NCBI GenBank assembly: GCA_032027125.1
Contig: JAVSMQ010000001.1
Span: 2,886,778 to 2,950,777, forward strand
Direction of reading: 5' to 3'
Origin: Candidatus Kapaibacterium sp.
GTDB lineage: Bacteria > Bacteroidota > Ignavibacteria > Kapaibacteriales > UBA2268
Length of the DNA stretch: 64,000 nt
The position numbers and the translations under genes are program-made. Below, piece by piece: positions 57,285 through 64,000 of this stretch (positions are counted from its first letter, which is position 1; every line of letters starts with the position of its first letter). The notes below the pieces were generated by a model. The model was not told the DNA's origin and ran no database searches. It saw only the letters and a list, made by a program, of their open reading frames with translations.

Positions 57285-60200
57285 ATGATAGAAAAAATAA
57301 TTGATTGGTGCTCTCAGAACAGGTTTATTGTAATCCTTGTATATATCATTCTTTCAGGAATTGGGATATACACGGTTTCGGTACTACCGGTTGATGCCAT
57401 TCCTGATTTATCGGAAAATCAGGTGATAATATGGACTGAATACATGGGCCGGTCGCCCGAAGTCGTAGAGCAGCAGGTTACTTATCCATTGGTGACTTCA
57501 ATGCAGGGTATGCCGGGGGTCAAGGCTGTCAGGGCTGTATCAATGTTTGGAATGTCCTTTATTTTTGCAATATTTGAAGATAATACTGACATTTATTTTG
57601 CACGGACAAGAGTACTTGAAAGATTAGCTACAGTTAGTGCACAATTACCTCAGGGAGTAACTCCTGTTCTTGGTCCAGACGGTACCGGTGTCGGGCATGT
57701 TTTCTGGTACACTGTCAAAGGTAAAGATTATGATTTGGGAACTCTCCGGTCAATTCAGGACTGGTATATAAGATATAAACTATCAGCAGTCGAAGGTGTA
57801 GCCGAAGTTGCAAGCATCGGCGGATATATCAAGCAGTATCAGGTTGACATTGACCCAATGAAACTCAGAGCCTACAATATTACAACCTCAGATGTAATCC
57901 AAACAATTCAAAGAAGCAACAATGAAGTTGGCGGAAAGATTATTGAATCAAGTGATGCAGAGTATTTTGTAAGAGGACAGGGTTATATCAGCTCAAAAGA
58001 AGACATTGAAAATGCTTCCATAAAAAGTTCTTCAAACGGAATTCCTATACAGATAAAAGATGTTGCTAAAGTACAAATAGGCGGAGATATCCGGCGCGGT
58101 TCATTAGAGAAAAACGGTGAAGGGCAGGTCGTTGGCGGCATAATAGTAATGAGAAACGGTGCGAATGCCAAAGATGTTATTGACAGAGTAAAAGCAAAAA
58201 TTGAGGAAATCAAATCAGGTCTGCCGGAGGGTGTAGAAATTCAGCCTTCTTATGACAGAAGTACTTTGATTGAGGAAGCCGTCGGTACTCTTGAACGTGC
58301 TTTGATAGAAGCAGCGATTGTTGTTTCTTTGATGGTAGCAATTTTCCTTCTGCATTTCAGAAGTATCCTAAGAATCATAATCGAAATACCTGTATCCGTT
58401 CTTTTAGCGTTTATAATGATGCACTTATTCGGTATTACTTCTAATATTATGAGTTTAGGAGGTATAATATTAGCCATTGGTGTAATTGTTGATTCCTCTA
58501 TTGTAATGGTTGAAAATGCCTATAGAAATATTGCTAATGCCATCAAGGAGAAAGGTCACTTAACTACTGAAGAATACAAAAATATTTCAATTATGTCAGC
58601 AAAACAGGTTGGCAGAGCAATATTCTTTTCGGAACTTATAATCCTTGTATCATTTATTCCTGTATTCTTTTTGACAGGTCAGGAAGGAAAATTATTCAGA
58701 CCTCTTGCATTTACAAAGACATTTATGCTTGCAGGCTCGGCAATAGTACTCATTACTTTGATTCCTGTTTTGATGACTATGCTGATGCGTGGAAAATTCA
58801 GACCTGAAAATAAGAATCCAGTTACAAATTTCTTTATCAAAATATATGAACCTGTAATACATTGGGTTTTGAAACACAGAAAAATCACGATTGCAATCAA
58901 TCTAATTGCACTGGCAATAACTGTCCCAATGATAATGAATACCGGCTCTGAATTTATGCCGCCTTTAGATGAAGGCTCTATTCTGTATATGCCTGTTACA
59001 CTGCCAAATGCCTCGATTACTGAAGTTAACAGAATTTTGCAGATTCAGGATAAAATTATAAAAAGTATTCCTGAAGTTCATCATGTGCTGGGTAAAGCAG
59101 GAAGAGCAGAAACACCAACAGATAATGCTCCGCTGAGTATGATTGAAACGATTATCGTACTAAAACCAAAAAGTCAGTGGAGACCTGACATTAAAAAAAG
59201 CGACATTATTGAAGAACTTGACAGAAAGCTGCAAATACCGGGTGTTAGAAACGGATGGACCCAACCTATAATTAATAGAATAAATATGCTTTCAACGGGT
59301 GTCAGAACCGACATCGGTTTTAAGATTTTTGGTGATAATCTTGATACACTTGAATATTATGCTGTCAAAGCTGAAAATATCCTGAAAAATGTTGAGGGAG
59401 CGGCTGATGTTGTCGCAGAAAGAGTTCAAGCGGGATATTATATTGATGTTACTCTTAAAAAAGATGCTATTGCCAGATATGGAATAAATATCAGTGATAT
59501 TCAGGATATAATTGAAACTGCAATTGGAGGTCAGAACCTTGGTGTTGTTATTGAAGGGAGAATGAGATTCCCGATTCGGTTGAGATACAGCAGGGATTAT
59601 AGGAATAATATTGATGACCTGAACAGGCTGATTGTGCCTGTTTCATCGTCTTCAATTGCCGGCAGCGGAATGGGTAGTTCGATGTCCTCAAACTATCAGA
59701 GCCCAAAGTCAAATTCAATGAGTTCGATGTCTTCTAACAATATTCAGCAAAAACAGGCTGAAGGAACAAATATTTCTTCTTCCGGTTTAAATTCTATTGA
59801 CCAAAATGCAAAATTATTCCTTCCCCTGTCATATTTAGCAGATATAAGCGTTCAGACCGGACCTCCAATGATAAGCAGTGAAGACGGTATGCTGCGTTCT
59901 ATTGTATTTATGAATACCCGCGGTCGTGATATGGGAAGTGTGATGGTTGATTCAAAGAAAGTGATAACAGACAGTTTGAAACTTCCATCCGGTTATTCTT
60001 ATCTCTGGAGCGGTCAGTATGAAAGTAAAGTCAGAGCAGAACGAACTATAATGATAATTATGCCGATAGTTTTTATAATTATTTATTTATTACTTTTTAT
60101 GACACTTCACGAATATAAGGAAGCAGGAGTAGTAATGTTATCCGTACCTTTTGCCCTAATAGGCGGTATGTATGCAATTTACATTCTTGATTATAATTTT

Positions 60201-60629
60201 TCGGTTGCTGTCTGGGTCGGTTTTATAGCCTTATATGGAATTGCAACTGAAACAGGAGTTGTAATGGTGGTATATTTGCACGAAGCACTTGATAAAAGAC
60301 TGAAAGCTCATCAGGATGGTAAAAGAGGTGAAATCACAAATGAGGATATTTATGAAGCGGCAGTTGAAGGTTCAGTTCTTAGATTAAGACCCAAACTGAT
60401 GACTGTTTTGACTGCAATGATTGGTCTTGTACCAATTATGTGGTCAACAGGTACAGGTTCCGATGTAATGAAACCACTGACAGCTCCGATGATAGGCGGA
60501 CTTCTAACTTCAGCTATACACGTTCTTGTTGTAACGCCGATTCTGTTTGTGATAATGAAAGAACATGCTTTGAAAAAAGGAAAGCTTGAATTATCCAAAA
60601 TGTCCGGCTGGATGAAGGAGGGGGAATAA
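57285..60629 (+). CDS. cusA: CusA/CzcA-family heavy-metal efflux RND transporter carrying a Ser/Met-rich low-complexity insertion
   Basis: 1114 aa; N-terminus IIDWCSQNRFIVILVYIILSGIGIYTVSVLPVDAIPDLSENQVII; ~65-aa insert SSSSIAGSGMGSSMSSNYQSPKSNSMSSMSSNN... at 59640..59830. Confidence 0.9.
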   Translation: MIEKIIDWCSQNRFIVILVYIILSGIGIYTVSVLPVDAIPDLSENQVIIWTEYMGRSPEVVEQQVTYPLVTSMQGMPGVKAVRAVSMFGMSFIFAIFEDNTDIYFARTRVLERLATVSAQLPQGVTPVLGPDGTGVGHVFWYTVKGKDYDLGTLRSIQDWYIRYKLSAVEGVAEVASIGGYIKQYQVDIDPMKLRAYNITTSDVIQTIQRSNNEVGGKIIESSDAEYFVRGQGYISSKEDIENASIKSSSNGIPIQIKDVAKVQIGGDIRRGSLEKNGEGQVVGGIIVMRNGANAKDVIDRVKAKIEEIKSGLPEGVEIQPSYDRSTLIEEAVGTLERALIEAAIVVSLMVAIFLLHFRSILRIIIEIPVSVLLAFIMMHLFGITSNIMSLGGIILAIGVIVDSSIVMVENAYRNIANAIKEKGHLTTEEYKNISIMSAKQVGRAIFFSELIILVSFIPVFFLTGQEGKLFRPLAFTKTFMLAGSAIVLITLIPVLMTMLMRGKFRPENKNPVTNFFIKIYEPVIHWVLKHRKITIAINLIALAITVPMIMNTGSEFMPPLDEGSILYMPVTLPNASITEVNRILQIQDKIIKSIPEVHHVLGKAGRAETPTDNAPLSMIETIIVLKPKSQWRPDIKKSDIIEELDRKLQIPGVRNGWTQPIINRINMLSTGVRTDIGFKIFGDNLDTLEYYAVKAENILKNVEGAADVVAERVQAGYYIDVTLKKDAIARYGINISDIQDIIETAIGGQNLGVVIEGRMRFPIRLRYSRDYRNNIDDLNRLIVPVSSSSIAGSGMGSSMSSNYQSPKSNSMSSMSSNNIQQKQAEGTNISSSGLNSIDQNAKLFLPLSYLADISVQTGPPMISSEDGMLRSIVFMNTRGRDMGSVMVDSKKVITDSLKLPSGYSYLWSGQYESKVRAERTIMIIMPIVFIIIYLLLFMTLHEYKEAGVVMLSVPFALIGGMYAIYILDYNFSVAVWVGFIALYGIATETGVVMVVYLHEALDKRLKAHQDGKRGEITNEDIYEAAVEGSVLRLRPKLMTVLTAMIGLVPIMWSTGTGSDVMKPLTAPMIGGLLTSAIHVLVVTPILFVIMKEHALKKGKLELSKMSGWMKEGE

Positions 60630-60740
60630 AATGCTGAATGATGAATTAAGAATGCTGAATGATGAATTTGGAATGATGAATGATGAATTTGGAATGATGA
60701 AGTCGAAGACCAGCGAAGCTAATTCTGAATTTAGAATGAA
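60630..60740. repeat. heptanucleotide tandem array (same family as 8346..8534)
   Basis: atgctgaatgatgaattaagaatgctgaatgatgaatttggaatgatgaatgatgaatttggaatgatgaag. Confidence 0.85.
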
Positions 60741-62049
60741 GAATTGCAATAAAATACCTTCATTAATTATAATGTTGTTTGTTTTGTGTTTTAGTTGGAA
60801 TATTATGCAGGCTCAATCCGTTGATTCACTGGTCAGTGAAGCATTGATTAATAATCCGTTTATTAAGTCATTGGAATATAAAATTAAATCATCTGAGTAC
60901 CGTACTAATTCAGTTGACGCTCTTCCGCCCCCAACTGTAGGTTTTGAATTGTCTCAAATCCCATTCAATACTATTGACTGGTTTAATGAGCCGCTGTCTC
61001 AGAATCTGACTTTTTCCCAAATGTTTCCTCTTGGCGGTAAAATTGATGCTATGACTAATGTTGAAAAGTCAAATATTGGTATCAGCCGGGACAATTTGCA
61101 AGTTTACAAAATTAATCTTACTGCAAATATAAAAATGTCCTACTTCAATCTATGGTTAATAGAGAAAAAAATTGAAGTTCAGCAAGAAAGTATTAATTTG
61201 TTGAATCAACTGCATAATTCAATTATCAAACTTTATGAAATAAATAAGATTTCTCAGGCAGATATTTTTACTGTAATGAGTGAAACAGCTTTTAATGAAA
61301 CTCAGCTTTTGATATTACAAAATCAAAAAGAATCAGAAATCTACAAAATGAATAAACTTCTCGGAAGGGACTTAAATTCCAAAGAGCTTGTGGTAGAAAA
61401 AGAATTACCGGTTTTTGCATTAAATCAAACTCAGGAAGAGCTCGAAGTAATTTTAGCCGGTAACAATCCATCTTTAAAAAGAATGAATTCAATGATTGAA
61501 ATGAATAAATATGATATTATTGCCAATGATAAAGAAAGAATTCCTGATTTGATGCTTCAGGGTATGCTAATGAGAATGCCGAGAGGTATGCTGTTAACAA
61601 CAAAATCACCGCTTGATATGGGTGATGGAACCGGCAGCACAGATTATGGTTATGGATTGATGGCTTCTGTCACATTGCCGTTCGTACCTTGGTCTAAAGG
61701 CAAATTCGAGGCTAAAGAGCAGGAATTTCAGACAATAATTCAAAGTATTGAATCCGAAAAAAGTGATATGCTGAGAGAAATGAACGTTCAGTTAAAAACT
61801 GCTTTTGTTAAAATGAAAACATCTTTGGATTTGATAAAATTATATTCTGAGAATGTAATTCCACTTTATGAAAAAGCAAGAAGTGCGCAGGTATCAGCTT
61901 ATCAGAATAATCAGACAAATATAAATACAGTAATTGATGCAAACAGGATGATATTAATGCAGTCAATGAATTATTTTATGGCTCAGGCTGACTATCAAAT
62001 GGCTGTTGCGGAAATTGAAATGATGGTCGGAATATCGGTAAACAAATGA
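60736..62049 (+). CDS. TolC-family outer-membrane efflux factor (CusC-like)
   Basis: start moved to MKNCNKIPSLIIMLFVLCFSWNIMQA (signal peptide); the 35 codons upstream in the ORF track (MLNDELRMLNDEFGMM...) are translation of the heptamer repeat. Confidence 0.7.
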   Translation: MKNCNKIPSLIIMLFVLCFSWNIMQAQSVDSLVSEALINNPFIKSLEYKIKSSEYRTNSVDALPPPTVGFELSQIPFNTIDWFNEPLSQNLTFSQMFPLGGKIDAMTNVEKSNIGISRDNLQVYKINLTANIKMSYFNLWLIEKKIEVQQESINLLNQLHNSIIKLYEINKISQADIFTVMSETAFNETQLLILQNQKESEIYKMNKLLGRDLNSKELVVEKELPVFALNQTQEELEVILAGNNPSLKRMNSMIEMNKYDIIANDKERIPDLMLQGMLMRMPRGMLLTTKSPLDMGDGTGSTDYGYGLMASVTLPFVPWSKGKFEAKEQEFQTIIQSIESEKSDMLREMNVQLKTAFVKMKTSLDLIKLYSENVIPLYEKARSAQVSAYQNNQTNINTVIDANRMILMQSMNYFMAQADYQMAVAEIEMMVGISVNK

Positions 62050-62068
62050 AAATTTTGGAGGTTATCAA

Positions 62069-63367
62069 ATGAGTGAAAAGAAATTTAATTGGTTATTGAT
62101 GAGTTTATCAATAATTATAATTATTGGGGCTTTTCTGGCTGTTTATTTTTTATTCTATTCTAATAAAAATGATGATAAACAGATGGCTGACCCTGAAAAG
62201 AAAGTGTTGTGGACTTGTACAATGCACCCGCAGGTAATATCAGATAAACCCGGACAATGTCCGATTTGCGGAATGGATTTAGTTAAGAAAATAACGGAAG
62301 ATGTTGAGAATTCCGAAGCAATGGATAATATGATAAAACTGTCAGATAATAAGCTTGTACTGGCGAATGTTTCAACGGTTCATATACATAAGGAAGAGAT
62401 ACTAAAGCAGGTTATTGCTTACAGCTATATGGATTTTGCCGACCAGAACCGGAAAATTATACCTGCAAAATTTAACGGCAGGATAGAAAAATTATTTGTC
62501 AATAAAACTGGTGATAATATATCAAGGAATCAGGCACTTTTTGAAATATACAGTCCGGATTTGGTTCAGGCTCAGAATGAGTTTCTGATAGCTTTAAACA
62601 GCTTACAGGATAAAAATTCTTTATTGAATTCTTCCAGAAAGAAACTCAAAATTTTCGGCTTAACCGATGAGCAGATTAATGAACTTGAGACAAGCAAAGA
62701 AATAAAAATGACCATAACATATTATTCTCCAATAGCCGGTACTGTTATAGAGAAGAAAGTACAGGAAGGAATGTATATTAACGAAGGTATGTCACTTTTT
62801 GAAGTTGCAGACCTGACATCCCTATGGAATATAGCAGAAATCAATGAGAGTGAATTGAATATTGTTAATGTTGGGAGCAAAGTAAAATTAGAACTTCAGG
62901 CATACCCCGGTGAGATATTTGAAGGCAGAGTATCATTTATCTATCCGGTTGTAAATTCACAGACCAGAACTATCAAGGTCAGGAGTGATTTTTCTAATTT
63001 TAAAGGGAAATTAAAACCACAAATGTTCGGACAGGCATCATTTGAAAAGAAATTTGGTTATGGATTGGTCGTTCCGTCGGATGCTGTACTATTTATGGGG
63101 AAAAGGAATGTTGTTTGGTTAAAAGTCGGAGACGGTATGTTTGAACCAAGAGAAGTAAAAGTCGGGATGAAGATAAATGATAAATATCAAATCCTATCCG
63201 GGTTAAGTGAAGGAGATGAAGTAGTCAAAACAGGAGGTTTCCTTATTGATTCAGAGAGTCAGTTAAAAAGCGGTATGACTACAGGTCATCAGCACGGAGA
63301 TACAAAAACAGGCAGTGAAGACAAAGATTCTAACGTCAATGAAGTCCACAGTAATCATAATAAGTAA
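62069..63367 (+). CDS. cusB: efflux RND periplasmic adaptor (CusB-like) with an N-terminal heavy-metal-binding domain
   Basis: 432 aa; TM anchor; WTCTMHPQVISDKPGQCPICGMDL; MFP beta-barrel and lipoyl domains; C-terminal His-rich tail. Confidence 0.8.
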   Translation: MSEKKFNWLLMSLSIIIIIGAFLAVYFLFYSNKNDDKQMADPEKKVLWTCTMHPQVISDKPGQCPICGMDLVKKITEDVENSEAMDNMIKLSDNKLVLANVSTVHIHKEEILKQVIAYSYMDFADQNRKIIPAKFNGRIEKLFVNKTGDNISRNQALFEIYSPDLVQAQNEFLIALNSLQDKNSLLNSSRKKLKIFGLTDEQINELETSKEIKMTITYYSPIAGTVIEKKVQEGMYINEGMSLFEVADLTSLWNIAEINESELNIVNVGSKVKLELQAYPGEIFEGRVSFIYPVVNSQTRTIKVRSDFSNFKGKLKPQMFGQASFEKKFGYGLVVPSDAVLFMGKRNVVWLKVGDGMFEPREVKVGMKINDKYQILSGLSEGDEVVKTGGFLIDSESQLKSGMTTGHQHGDTKTGSEDKDSNVNEVHSNHNK

Positions 63368-63416
63368 TTTTGAAGATAAAAAAAGTGTATTTTATTTTAA
63401 TTAACAGAGGTATCAA

Positions 63417-63767
63417 ATGAAGAATCAATATCAAAGCTTCCCGAAAATAAATGGAAGCATAGTACTAACGGCAATTATATTTGCCATTTCAATTTCTTTT
63501 TCTGCCGGTTGTGGTGAGAAAGACAATTCAAAACATCCCGATGAAATGAAAATACAGCAAAATGCTGAAGCAATTGTTCGGGAAGGTGAAATTGACCTGA
63601 ATGAAATTGATATGAACAAAGACGGCAAAGTATTTCAGGACCCAATGCACTGGAATGTTATCTCTGATGAAGCGGGGAAATGCCCTTTATGTAAAATGAC
63701 TTTAGAGGAAATAACACTCGAATCAGCTAAATCCAATCTTACGAAGAATGGATTTAAAGTAAAATAG
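63417..63767 (+). CDS. small periplasmic HMBD-like metal-binding protein (paralog family; CusF-position gene)
   Basis: 116 aa; signal peptide; KDGKVFQDPMHWNVISDEAGKCPLCKMTLEEI. Confidence 0.6.
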   Translation: MKNQYQSFPKINGSIVLTAIIFAISISFSAGCGEKDNSKHPDEMKIQQNAEAIVREGEIDLNEIDMNKDGKVFQDPMHWNVISDEAGKCPLCKMTLEEITLESAKSNLTKNGFKVK

Positions 63768-64000
63768 TTTTAAAGGGTTACAGATATTTCTTTTATTGAG
63801 GTATTATAATTAAATATGTCTATTTTTGCATATATAAATTATAGTGAAATTGTATTTTGAATAAATTATTTTTTTACTAAATTGGAGTTTATAAAATGTT
63901 AAATACATTAACTATAGATGATAATGTGATTTCAAATAATCACATTACAAAATCAGCCATGGGCTTTCTGCGTTTTTCTGCTATAATCCTAATCCTTATG

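Noticed and set aside
60631-60735. N-terminal 35 codons of the TolC-like ORF (MLNDELRMLNDEFGMM...)
   Set aside because: This is a translation of the heptamer repeat; a proper signal peptide starts at the Met at 60736.
63897-64000. Open frame running off the window end
   Set aside because: Only ~35 codons visible, with no identifiable features.

Overview
The window is low-GC DNA from a bacterium that uses the type IX secretion system (several proteins end in the T9SS C-terminal sorting domain, e.g. ...KSQTKLLNVIR), so it is probably Bacteroidota or Ignavibacteriota-like. It splits into two parts at a tRNA-Val gene at 23971-24045.

Left part (1-23.9 kb):
- A plus-strand anaerobic aromatic / acyl-CoA catabolic cluster: a BcrA/BadF/HgdC-type ATPase (runs off the window start), an HgdB/BcrB-like subunit, an ADP-forming acyl-CoA synthetase, two PanE/ApbA-family reductases flanking a class-II aminotransferase, a MocA-like cytidylyltransferase and an XdhC-like protein, a xanthine-dehydrogenase-family enzyme (separate FAD subunit, fused 2Fe-2S + molybdopterin subunit), then a Zn-alcohol dehydrogenase, a large crotonase and a crotonase consistent with had-oah-dch of the benzoyl-CoA lower pathway, and a convergent glutaryl-CoA dehydrogenase.
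- The large crotonase carries the diagnostic Oah/BamA peptide motifs QFNSYTTGMV, GQEIGMA and FGQAGPKHG.
- A tandem pair of BNR-repeat secreted T9SS proteins, an Mrp/ApbC Fe-S carrier and a NifU-like protein follow.

Right part (24-64 kb), which looks like a mosaic metal-homeostasis / redox island:
- A candidate fused porin-monoheme cytochrome (Cyc2-like) clustered with three cupredoxin-type proteins (two with CuA-like C-x3-C-G-x2-H-x2-M sites) and a NapH/MauN/CcoG-type membrane polyferredoxin.
- A DsrE protein plus an SQR-like flavoprotein.
- A CPC-motif P1B-type ATPase.
- A czcCBA-type and a cusA-C-B-type heavy-metal RND (HME-RND) efflux system.
- Two near-identical P-II-like proteins.
- Four small paralogous periplasmic proteins carrying a CusB-type heavy-metal-binding motif (QDPMHWNVISD...CPLCxM).
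- A Csp3-like Cys-rich copper storage protein.
- Met-rich lipoproteins and two Cys-rich paralogs of unknown function.

Repeats and rearrangement traces:
- A dispersed heptanucleotide (CTGAATG)n repeat family into which three gene stop codons fall, and which flanks a four-helix-bundle protein gene.
- A 21-bp x ~13 tandem array next to an AT-rich stretch.
- A two-copy nested-hairpin MITE-like element.
- Several degenerate duplicated gene-end fragments that show modular recombination.

No CRISPR array, rRNA, integrase or transposase was seen.
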